Positions 38,202 through 50,087 of a stretch of DNA of 64,000 bases are shown one piece after another. The DNA is from Hormiphora californensis (Eukaryota; Animalia; Ctenophora): positions 1,984,001-2,048,000 of the forward strand of contig CM035355.1 in assembly GCA_020137815.1 (NCBI GenBank), given 5' to 3'. The position numbers and the translations under genes are program-made. The notes beneath the pieces are model-generated. The model was not told where the DNA came from and made no database searches. It saw only the letters and a program-made list of their open reading frames with translations. How positions within the stretch are numbered: position 1 is the stretch's first letter; every line of letters begins with the position of its first letter.

Positions 38202-41200
38202 TCAATTTCCTCCCGATATAATTGATCTAATGGAGTCCATGAACTCGTGAAACAGTTCCGAAACTGAGGAGGATGAGGTGATTTGGTATCCCTTGGACTC
38301 TAGCCAGCGTGGTACTGAGCCAAGTGCGGTGATCTCTGAAATCTCCTCCTCTGTAACAACCTGATGGGAACATCGTGTTTGGTTATATGTTGTCAGATCA
38401 TGATACGGTCGGACCCGTTTTAGGGGTCAGACTGTACCAGAATACCCACTGGGTATTACCCAGGAATTGATCTCTAATCTCTCCCTCACACACAACAATT
38501 TCTACTAGCAAACAATGACAAGAAAGTTTACTGTGTGCCCGGGAAGTGAAGAGTTGTTCAATTACTGTCATGCTTTGACAGTTAAATTACCTCTGGGGGA
38601 ACGTAATACTTTCTCATCAGACAGAAATCATACATGTCATGATCGAGACTCGGGGCGTCCACAAAATGAGAGACAGCTTTTAGGACATGTTCATTTGATC
38701 TGGATATCTCCTTTCTTGTCACCAGGAGATCGTGGTTTAGATCCAATCCGTATGCAATCAGAGCAGCCCAGGATTTAGTATACTGAAACAGAAAGATATC
38801 AAATCTGTCAAGCCAATATGCTCTGACCGTTGTTCTCACGCACGAAAGAAATAGGGCCAGGACAATGCTCTGACAGTATCAAATCGTTTTTTGTCTTTGG
38901 TAAGTGTAAACTGTCAGCCCCATCTATTATACCTTGCATTCAGTAACGTCCCATCTAAGAATACTAAACAGTAACTTGGTCACCTCCTCGTAACTCCATC
39001 CCTGATCCTCATCTTCTTCCTCTCCCCCAACTATCCCCTCCTCAACCTCTACCTCATGTACCTCATCCTCTGTGTCCTGGTCCTCTCCAACCGCCACCAC
39101 CTCCCCCTTGGCCTTGGTATTGCTCCACTCGTCCCACAGGTGGAGGAGTTCAGTTCGTAGTATGTGGGGAGTAGCGTAACCAACGTCAAAAAACATATCG
39201 TCTGCTTTGTGATTCCACACCTGAGTGGAATTTTGAAAGATATTTGTACTCCTGTAAATCACAAAAGTACAATTTTCTTTTAAAGTGATTTTAAAATCTT
39301 TTTATAAAATCCTTAAAAGCTTTTAGTAGGAACTGTCCAGCTAAAATCAGACTCACCACATTAAAATCTGAGATGGTAGCTTGAGGGTGAGGGGTGCAGG
39401 TCTCATCAGGTTGGTAAGATATGGTTGGGTCCCACAGCAGAGTCACTGAGATACTTCTACCATAGGATCGAACCTGGAAAGAACAAAGGTTACCGGGTTA
39501 CCCGAATACTTTTTGTTAAACATACTTTTTTGTCGAAAAATACTATGTATTATGAACCGTGTTGTGTCAGGGGCCACCCCTTAGTCAACAAAGCAAATTG
39601 AACCAGGGTTGTCTATCAATCTAAATTTACAAAATCGTCGAACCTGGTGCATGTAGTGTGAGGGGATAAAGATACAATCACCTGCTTCTAACAATGTCCA
39701 CTGATATTCAACATCTGTCAAATTAGTCTCCTTTTCCAGATCCACTGAGTTCTAAAGAAGGGGAAGTTTTGTTTAGTTAGGGTCTAGCAGGTACTGTCTG
39801 GAGACGCTGACTCTGTCTGGGCGGACTGCACGGGGTCGGGTGCCGCCAGCGGCCAGACAGAGCTTCTGCAGCTTCATGCAAGGGAAGTTCATGTTGTTGG
39901 AAGAAAAGCCCGGGAGACTGACGCGCGGCAGATTTGCGCGTTTCTCGCGCCAAGTCCCTATATCTTGACACCCCGCGCGTGCGGTACATGAGCGAGAACA
40001 TTCTCTCTTCTAGAAGAGGTAAATTTGCCACAATCTGTCACAATTCTCTTACTTGATTAGTGTCAGGACAGAAGTCAGAGCCTGTGAACTCAAGTCGATG
40101 CATCTTTAGCTTAGAGTACTGATCGGGGTGGATCATGAAAAATGATTTCCTTCCTGAAAGATAGAGAGGTAGACCGTAGAGAAAGGTAGAGAGGTTGAGA
40201 AAGATAGAGGTAGAGAAAGATAAGTATGGATAATGACTGATGAGGGATATAAAGAGTGTCACAGAAAAACCAGCTGTGACAAATTACACGGCAGCTGCAC
40301 TACCTCACTATTCTAGAACCCACCTGCTATAAGACAGTGTATGTTGTGATCAGCGTCATAATGGATCTGGGAGGCTGTGTCACCTGATGCCATCCAGAAG
40401 TTGAGTTCCTGGGAGAGAGATATCAACAGATAATTGGCCTATATATTAATTAAATAAAGAGCGCCCCAGAGAGCCACCCGGCGGAGCCGGGTTGGTTGTC
40501 AACAGTCCTTACTTGAGGCGCACCCGGTGGGTGCGCTAGTTAATTAAATAATTAACGTGTGTTCTGTACATAAAAACGCACAGAAAATAGCTAAAGAAGG
40601 AACAGAATATAATATTAGGTATCAAATAACACTATGACTACTCTAACTCACACTACAACTTGATATCTACCGAACCCTCACAGAGCGCACTGAATATAAA
40701 ATGTGAGCCACACACCACATACCAATAAGTTTTGTGAGAAAGAGCCACATTGAAGAAGCTCAGGCATGAGAATCTCAGATCTCATTTCGTCGGGTAACAC
40801 CGTCACTACGTACTGGTTTGTTTTGTTGTACTCTGAGAGAAACTGTGACAGGCTGTTCAGGCTCTTACCTGGAGGGAAAGAGAGAATTGATAAAGGGGGG
40901 TAGCGAGTAATGAGTAATGTTAGGTAATGAGTTTAGAATGGTGTAGCTAATAGCTATAATGTACTATCATGATATGGGGTTGCTAGGGAGGTGGTACTGG
41001 TAACCAGGGGTTGCTAGGGAGATGCTACTAGTAACCAGGGGTGTGAAAAAGGGAGTGGAGTAGGGAGTAAAACGTTTTCTAAATGGTGCTAAATTGGGCA
41101 TGTGTCTCACTCGCTTGTGCAGTTTAGAGAGAGAGAGGGAGAGAGAGGAAGCAATATGTGGAGATGATGGTGTCTTAGATGTTTCAGAATAAATTGCAAA

Positions 41201-43191
41201 GCTCCAGTAATTACCCTCCTTCCATTTCCTACAGTTTTATTGGTCTGTGATAGCTCTGACAGATCCTTCGTTGGGTCAGTGTAACTTTTCAAGCTTTATA
41301 TATTAGTTTACTTGCTAATCTTTTGTTCAAAATTGACGGCTGTACTGGCGCCAATTCTAGATGTGATACAACCTCAAGTCTCAATTAAGTTTTTTACATA
41401 CTTCTATACACTGACTGATGTAATATTCAAGAACAATATTATGCTACTTGGTCGACCAATGGTCGTGTCCAAGTTGCGATGAAAAAACCCAAATTTCCAT
41501 CTTTCTTTCACTTACCAAACTTTTGTCTGTGTTCATGCTTCACTTCAGTAAGGACTTTGTAGTGTCCAAACTTCTCTTGTAAGTACTTGTCTGACCATTG
41601 TTGTCTGGCAACTGAATCCCCCTGTAGACCCCTGAATACACCGGGTCTAAAACCTGAGGGCTGGAGAGATGGTTACAATTGTGAAACATGTGTTGTGAAA
41701 TATCAGGCTGTTGTCTGTCCCCTATTTTGGTAGACCAATAACCACCCAATTAAGGCCAGAGGGGGTGGTCCGGGGGTGTAAAAAGTCAATTTCGGCATCT
41801 GGTCCGGCTCGAAGAGCCGGACCAGATGATGTGCTCAGAATGGATTTTGCGTGCGCTGTTTTGGAGAAAAATGAGGTTAACTTTTGTCCAAAATCGGATG
41901 TTAACCTCATTTATCCATGAACCACAATAGCTACAAAGCTAAATTTAGTACTGAATGATAGATCTAGTTAAAAGGTCAGCTCAAACGAAGTTTCAGACCT
42001 CTACACCTAATGGCTGGAAAGAAATCTGAGGTTAACTTGATCCTCAAAAACTGTATTTTTCTTGAATATCTCGGGTGAAATTTGGGCCAGTCTATGTCGT
42101 TTCATTTGAGAACCACTCATCCGTTAACCTCAGAACTTGGCAGGGATGTTCCTCGGATGGTCCTCTACAAAAGTGATGTAGCGATTTTTGATATCTGCCC
42201 CCGTTAAAAAATTATGAGGTTAACAGTGCATTTTTAGCAGACCGGGCTCTATTGTAAACCTCATAACTTAAATTTAAAGTATACTTTTTGACCCTCGGAC
42301 CCCCCCCCCTCTGGCCTTAACAGTGCACATATCGTGCCGGAAGTACCTAGTGCAGCCTTTCTTTACTATTTCAACAATACCACTCACTGTCTTTACATTA
42401 CAATATAACAATACAGTAGTATTCTAATAATATCAACTTGAATTTATTGTATTGTCCCGCACTTTGCCTTGTTCGACCCTCTTCCCGCCACTCATGTAAA
42501 GGAGGATTAGAACATAACAACCCCGCACTACTTCCCGAACGTCTAGAAATACTGCACAGTAACATTCTGTATATCGACTACTGTAGTTACAAGTATGGAA
42601 GTGCAGTGCTTACACCTCTCTCTCCCTCGCTTTACATGCCCGCACTGTTAGTTTAATGTTGTTTGTTGCTAGCTATCCGCTATACAATATATCGCTCTAT
42701 AGTCTACCATTCTGTTTTTTTTTATATGGTTCGTCTATACCATTCTTCTACTGTTATATACTTATTATGTCCTAACTCTCCTTTACATTCGGGGCCCAGA
42801 GAGGGAGAAGGTCGAACAAAGCAATATCTTCTACTCACATTTATATATTTTCTCGCTTCTTCTCACCTTTATATACAGAGTATTGAACTCAGCTGTGGTA
42901 ATGTTAGCTGGTATACTATCCATGTCTGGCAAAGGCTGCTTGTGGTAACCAAAGGGTAACTTGTGCCCCTGTTGATTGGATGGTCGTTAAGAATAATTAT
43001 TGAAAGAAAATTATTAGATCTTAGATAAATTAGATAACTTTTTTTAAAAAACTAAGGTTACTCACGTCAGGGGTAAGGTTGCATTGTGGGAAATTTAGGT
43101 GGAAAACATCACCAGGGGCCCAAGTAGTAGCCACTTCATTATGCAATAGTAGTGAGAATAACAGACCTGTTATTGTCCATCCTAATGCCAT
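38202..43191 (-). CDS. Secreted JmjC / Cupin_8-type 2-oxoglutarate Fe(II) dioxygenase
   Basis: Minus-strand exons 43191-43066, 42968-42867, 41660-41516, 40868-40723, 40408-40324, 40153-40053, 39751-39644, 39473-39357, 39220-38933 and 38360-38202 join in frame. Signal-peptide-like MALGWTITGLLFSLLL; motifs WSDKYLQEKFG, FWMASGDTASQIHYDADHNIHCLIAGRKSF, LEAGDCIFIPSHYMHQVRS (intact HxD...H triad). Confidence 0.9.
41754..42316. mobile_element. Kolobok-type MITE in an intron of the JmjC gene
   Basis: ttaa|GGCCAGAGGGGGTGGTCCG ... CGGACCCCCCCCCCTCTGGCC|ttaa. TTAA TSD with purine (GG) 5' ends fits Kolobok rather than piggyBac (CC ends). Confidence 0.75.
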
Positions 43192-44016
43192 GGGCTATGG
43201 AAATGTTAATTAATGTAATTGTGGTGTTGTTAGCAGATATCTGATGTTTTTGTATCTGCGGATATATCATATCAGTATCACACAATGGTGGAATCGTGAA
43301 ATAGCAAATCTAGAAGGGGACTTTAGGACTTGGGAAATTCAAAATAGTTCACGAGAGAGAGGAAATTAATTGAAGAAGGGCTGATCAGTGGAGCAGTATG
43401 ATATTTAGTACGGAGATCGTTGGAAGACAGAAGACAGATTAATTACAAGTAGAATTACACAACAGGCGTGAGAGAGAGCATTAATTATTCATATATGAGT
43501 ATCTAAAAAGTGGGCAGCACTAAAAACTTAGGAGGAAATAACTGCACTGCTACTATTAGATCTACTATTTAGCTTCATCTGAGAGAGATGGGTAGTGTTG
43601 TAGATTTGTAGAGCTATATCATTGTCTCAGGGGTAGGCCAGACAAAAGCTAAGGATTTGCAGTCCATCCAACGATGCATAAAATATTTGTTTGTAAGAGT
43701 ATGTAGATAAGGCTATTGAGTTATCAGACACTTAACAAAGATTAGCCCTCGATTACAACAGTTGAACAGTTAACTACCATTACTATATGATCTAAATTCT
43801 AACCTACAGACTGATTAAGTTGAGTGCCTTTTTATCTTGAGGTATCCCACTGTATAGTTGTACTCTGCTATATTGGTTATGTGCAAAATATCTGTAAACT
43901 AAAGACATGACACTCACATACTGATGACACTCACATCTCAGCTGCAGCTCGTGTTTATCACCACCCTTGAATAGTTGCGTTGAATAGTTTAAGGTACCTT
44001 CGACTTAGCTATCTTG

Positions 44017-44160
44017 CTCTCTGTCTCTGTCTCTGTCTCTGTCTCTGTCTCTGTCTCTGTCTCTGTCTCTGTCTCTGTCTCTGTCTCTGTCTCTGTCTCT
44101 GTCTCTGTCTCTGTCTCTGTCTCTGTCTCTGTCTCTGTCTCTGCCTCTGCCTCTGCCTCT
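44017..44160. repeat. (CTCTGT)n hexanucleotide microsatellite
   Basis: Direct observation; last copies are CTCTGC. Confidence 0.95.
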
Positions 44161-44509
44161 ATCTTTGGTGACGCGGTCACCCCTACACTAGCCGCGCGAA
44201 GCACGGCTAAACGAAGCCTGCGAAGGATTTCATCACCAATCTCTATCTCTGTCTCCATCTCTCTTTCTGTCTCTACGTCGGGCACGGTATGACTTAAAAG
44301 GAGGCACGGTGTCTTCAACCATTATCCAATGTGATGAGTGGAACACATTTAAACCAGTTTCACATTTCATTCTGGAGTTATTATTTATTACCTGTTCTTT
44401 GAGCTTTTTGTGTAATAAAATTTAGTTTAGTTTCAGTCTATACCAGCAAATCCCTTGATACCAATTTGGATTGTTTTTTTAAACAACTGTTTTCCCCTTA
44501 TATATAGCC

Positions 44510-46690
44510 ATGCCACTTCCCCGTCCACTCATGTACGAAGACCTCGTTGAAGCGTTCATCAACGACACCCTTGATCCCGACGAGTTCCCGCCCCAGAAAC
44601 TCACCCGAGATCTCAAGGAGACCATCTCCCACAACCCATCCTGTACAATGGTCGTTGGTCCAAGGGGCATGACCCTGGCCCATGCAGCTGCCCAACATGG
44701 ACTGATCGAGGTCACACAACATCTCATAAAACACAAGATACCAGTACTATCGGATGATTATGGGGCCCAGCCGTGGCATACTGCAGCAGAGTATGGGAAT
44801 ATAGCTGTCATTGAGGCGTACTACAACGCTTGGCATGATATCATGGGGCATTTTGGAACTATCGATTGGACGATTCTACATTTAGCGGCACTGTTTAACC
44901 AGTGTGAGGTGCTGGAGTGGGTTCTGGGGACTGGGGCTGATGTGGATACATTGGATAAAAGTAATAGAACACCCCTCTTTGTGGCCATTCAATACAAGAG
45001 AAGGGAGGCAGCTACACTCCTGTGCAGGTAGGTTGAGTTGTTCTTTTTTAAAGCACCGGAACAGTGTCAGGCGACTCAATAGGTAGGGAACATTTTGAAC
45101 AAGTAGGGATGATGATAACTAGCGGTTACGGATAAATCTCGAGAGAATCAAAACAGTATATCACGCTATAGATCTCTACTGTTACAGGTACTTTGCAGAT
45201 GAAACTAAAGCCACTACCTACGGGTTAACTGCAACCGGTGCTGCCAGCTACTTCATGCCTGATCTGGCATTCCATTTCCTTAACGAGTAAGAAACTTTGA
45301 ATTCATAATTTCCAACTTCTTTTTCTGAGTGTGCCGGGTTTGGGAAACCCAATCGAACTATCGCGACTTCCGTCAATGCGATATGGTCGAAACTATGAGT
45401 GCTCGTGAGTGAGTATTTATACCTTGATTTGTATCTAAGTTAAAAGTTATTATTCCACCTGTCAGGATACAAAACGACGCAAGGGGAGGTGACGTATCGG
45501 ATATTGACTTTTACCTCAACAAGTTTGGAAAAGAAGATCTTGTCATGATGTCAAATTCCGAGGAAAATACGGAGCTACTTTGTCACAGAATAGTGAAATC
45601 ATACGTTTATACGATCATGAACACCATAAAGAGAATCCAGGCTCTCTACCTGTTCCTCTTGCTATTTGAGGTTTATGGTATATCCTTCATTTGTATAACA
45701 CGGGTCAATGATTTCTGGCTACTGGAAGAATCAGCCAAGACAGACAACTCCTACTATCTGGATATTGTCAGTCTTATTCTCGCTATGATATCCATGGACT
45801 TGTGCTCCATTTTCCGAATCTATTCTGTCGTACAGTTAATTAGGGCAGGTAAAAGTGTTGCAAGTACCATGACAGGAAATCTGGAGGGATGCAGTGTCAC
45901 AGCAGAACGGTATGAAATCGATTTTGAATCGTTTCATGAGCTTAGACACAGGATTAAGAAGAATCATAAGGATAATGTCATTGGAGAGGTGACCTGGACC
46001 GTTATACTTACAGCTATTAAGATTTATCTCAACTGTCTCATGTTGTCTGACATAGGGCTGTCAGACTGGCGGGAGTATACTATTTTCCTTGCCACCCTTG
46101 TCATATATTTTGATATGATCTTTAACGGGCTAACGGATATCATTTACGTTCCAAACTACATTCTAACGATCATTCTCAGCACCTACCGGTGTATTGGAAG
46201 ACTCGTTAGAATGGTGCTTGGAATAACAATTCTAGTTATCCCTTACTATCTCATCCTGATGAAGTTTACTTATAACGATAACCGATATTTTACTAACTAT
46301 GCTTTTAACTATACTGATGACTACGTAGTTGACACGAACAAGGCAGCATTTTTTGGCGTCATGTTTTTCTTCAAAGCCCTTCTTGCCGATGATTATAGAG
46401 TAACATACTTCTCCGATAAATACACGTATTTCTTCATGATATTCAATGGGGTAATCCTGTTTTTCATGTCGCTGGTGATGCTGAATCTGATTATTGCCGA
46501 GACGAGTGCACTTTATGAGGAGATGGTCAAGTACTCAAAAGCAGCCGTTATGGCCCAGCACATTGACAATATTGTGTCCTATAGGATCCTGTACATGAAA
46601 CAGTTCATCTCCAAAGCGTGTTATTCTGAGAACAAAGCCATTAGCTGCAATAGCCTCCATAAAACTAGCAAAACTGATGTGCAAGTGTGA
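44510..46690 (+). CDS. Ankyrin-repeat TRP (TRPA-like) cation channel, copy 1 (about 613 aa)
   Basis: Exons 44510-45027, 45188-45286, 45466-46690. About 5 ankyrin repeats (TILHLAA, RTPLFVA), pre-S1 ELLCHRIV, multiple TM helices, S6 signature FMSLVMLNLIIAETSALYEEM. Confidence 0.85.
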
Positions 46691-46864
46691 GCTGATTTGC
46701 ATACGTTGCAGGCCCTTCTTGTGAGGCTGTAAATTAATTGAGGAATGATTAATATTGATTGTGTATTATTGCTATTGCGTTAGTTCAGATTTCTTACCAT
46801 TGTTTAGTTTAATTTGAAGTATTTTGGAACTAATTTCCCATCACTACGTTATAGCTTAGTCGTA

Positions 46865-48937
46865 ATGGAAGATGCAGATGAGTTGGAGCACATTTTCAAG
46901 GAACGTCGGTTTGTCATGACAAACAAATGGAACAAAAAGTCAGTTCGTTTGTGTGTCAGTTCGTTTTTAGGTATTTTCAAACTCAAACTCTAACATACGC
47001 CCTTCACTCAGGGGTCGGACCACGCAAGTCAAGATGCCCAGACTTCATGTTCTAGCCAGGAATGGAGATTACAAGGGTACTGCAGAGCTTCTGGACAAGG
47101 GAGAACAGGTAAGAGTTTGTATTTGGTGATCCGGGGAGCAATGATTTAACTTTGTGTTTTCAAATTATTATCGTTCAAATAACTAACTATTTTCAGCCCG
47201 AAGAGAACATTGGCCTGTACCCGTGGCACATAGCAGTATCCATGGGGTACACAGACATCCTGATGGTGTACATGAACCGTGGTTACGATGTGAACGCCCC
47301 TACGGGTGGCCAGGGACTGCAACTTCTCCATGTCGCAGTTCTCGGACAGACAGTGGGAGAGAGACAACGAGATCTGATTGATTTCCTTCTGGAACACGTG
47401 GCTGGTGTCTCTATAGAAGACGTTGACAAGTACCTGAGGACGCCCCTGTTCCTCGCTGCGTTATACAATCGAGAGGATGCTGGGCTGGTGCTACTGGAAC
47501 GAGGTGCGGATATCACACAATCTAATGCGTTCAAGTCGAATGTACTGGGTATGGCTGCGTTACATAACCCTAGACTGGCGCACGAAGTAATGGATAGGTT
47601 AGTGTAGCAACGTACGTCTTTTCATTCAAGTCTTTTTTGGCATGTTATATTGATTCCAATTTACTGTGTCTGATACTACTCACTTTTCCTTGCTCGACCC
47701 TGAGTCCTGACTTTACACAAAACAGTTACTTACTCTTTCTTTCAGGGCCATGGAGATGGAGAAAGAAGACCCAAACCGTTCGATAATCTCAAAAGAAGAC
47801 GTGGCCTACTTGTACACAGCAGGAGACAAACTAGACCAATCAGTTATGCTCCACCCATACATAACACATTTGATCGATGAAATGAACTCGGGAACCTCAA
47901 TGATATATCAGTACAGTATTCTAGTACTGTACGCAGTAGCACTGCTAATAGCAACAGTTTTGTGCGTCTACGCAGATGAGATCGCGATGGATTGGCAGGA
48001 ATTAGAATCAGTTGAAACGCTGCTCGAGTACCCATTGTACAATATCTCTCTCCTCATCATCCTCTCCCAGATACTGCTAGAGACATTCATGATTCTCCGA
48101 ACATACAAGAGCAGTATGACACCTAACAGGGCCAGGTCAATACTAAAGAGATCAAAGTTGTACTTTGCCAGCCCGTACCACCCAGTTCTAAGTGCAGACG
48201 TGGCGTCCGTTAAGAAATTCGTGAAGGGGTACCTGACATCGCTAATCTTCAACTGGCTTGACATTGTCTTAGGGTTGTTAGTTTCCATCGCTGCTAGAAC
48301 TGCCCTCCTTATTATACAGTTTGTCACCACTACCCAGGATCAGCGGCTCTACATTACATCCGTCCTGCTGATTGTTATTTGGTTGGATTTCTATGAGAAG
48401 ATTAACCAGCTCACGGTCATTCCGTCAAGTTTCACAAAGTCTCATCTCGTCAACCAGAAGTGTATCTTGGCAATTCTGGAGATAATGAGCGTTGCGGTTC
48501 TACTGGGTATACCCTTCCTGCTGATTATCCTGAAGATCTCCATAATGGAGGGGTTCACAATTAACCAGGACACGACAGGAGATAAGAATGGCACTTCCCA
48601 GTACCCACGGAGACTGTTCTTCAGTGGAGTTCACATCTACAGGATGCTGACATTGGACGATTTCCATGATCAGACTTTCGAGGAATTCCACCTGTATTTC
48701 CTGACCCTGTTTTACACCGTCGGAATGTCTATATTCTCCATTGTATTTCTGAATATGTGTATTGCTAAGCTGTCTATTGAATATGGTAAGATCATGGACA
48801 GTGCTGAGTTTCAACTGCGAAGAAAGCGACTTGTTGTTAGGATTTATTGGCCTGTTGACAAGATAAAGGCAAATAATGGTGCTTTGAAAGATAAAATGAA
48901 GAGTGGAATGAAGAGGGTTATGCCTTGCTTCTTTTAG
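46865..48937 (+). CDS. Ankyrin-repeat TRP (TRPA-like) cation channel, copy 2 (about 577 aa)
   Basis: Exons 46865-46908, 47012-47108, 47197-47597, 47746-48937. Ankyrin repeats (RLHVLA, LLHVAV, RTPLFLAA), pre-S1 VMLHPYI, S6 FSIVFLNMCIAKLSIEYGKI. Confidence 0.85.
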
Positions 48938-50087
48938 ATTTGTTAATTTGATATGTATTGTTGTGTTAGATTGTATAGATTCTTATTGCTAATTCGATGC
49001 TACGAAAAGATTGTTTGATTTTGTTAAATCCACAGAACCTGGATTTACACACAAAATCCGCACTTTTCAACTTCCAAACATTGAGTTCACTTCACTTTTC
49101 GCATTCCATTCTTCCCACATTATTTGTGCGGGGGTTGTAAAACGGGCAACCGAATCTGGCAGGGCGTACTGTGTTGGTTGGCTTGCACAGTCCGGTCACT
49201 CTTCTATTTGTCCTAACAATCGATCACACAAATACAAATCTTTGTTTAACTCTCCTTCCGTTTGGCTTCATCGGTTTTGTTAAAACTAGTTTTGTTGGAT
49301 CCTCTCTATTTCGAATGATGGCAATTGATGATATAGATTTGGGAATTATAATCAGAACAGCAGCCATTGCCATCATGTTCAACTGTGCTGTTACTTGTCA
49401 GTTTATTAGGAACCTCCACAACAGAAACCCAGCCATGTTCAGGTAAACTTCACTAGCATTACTACATGTAGTCACCTTTGTGGCCCTTAACCATGGATGA
49501 AGGGTCTGCAACTGCAACCCTGCCATGTTTACTGGTAAACTTCACAGTCCTTCAGGGTGAAGGCAACCAGTTCATGTTATATGGTGGCATGGCATCATAT
49601 TCTGTTTTCTGATTTATATAACCTTGACTTTCAGGGTGGCATTCATGTCTGGATGTCGGTGGAATGGGACCGGGAACTGGCGGAATGGGACCGGGAAGAA
49701 GGTTACAGCGACATCAGCCGAGTCCACCAAACAATGATGGCAGTGATGGATCGGGGGATTTCGATTTCTATGGGTGAACATTCAAAGGAACTGTAATATA
49801 AGTTGGGGAGTTTTTTATATTGAATATCAACAGTCTTAAAATGTTTTACTGGATTTTGAGTAACACTTTCTTTGTTGTTTGTAACGAAATATTAAAGCCC
49901 GTTTTCTTAACTCACTATCTCTTAGCAACATGTAACATAATCAAGCCATCCACCATGTAACACACGACTGTAACTGGCAACATCCCCACCCTTCATCATC
50001 ATATCTGAAAGAGTTACTCCTTCATAAAACTCACTAACGAAAGAGGAAAGAGTTGCTCTTCATAAAACTCACTAACGAACATCCAAG

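Noticed and set aside
38410-38505. Possible extra JmjC exon
   Set aside because: The gene already joins in frame without it and the splice signals are unconvincing.
43980-44318. LC/ET/SV-repeat ORFs (likewise LS/ER-repeat ORFs at 8.4-8.7, 26.8-27.0 and 30.8 kb)
   Set aside because: Translations of microsatellites.
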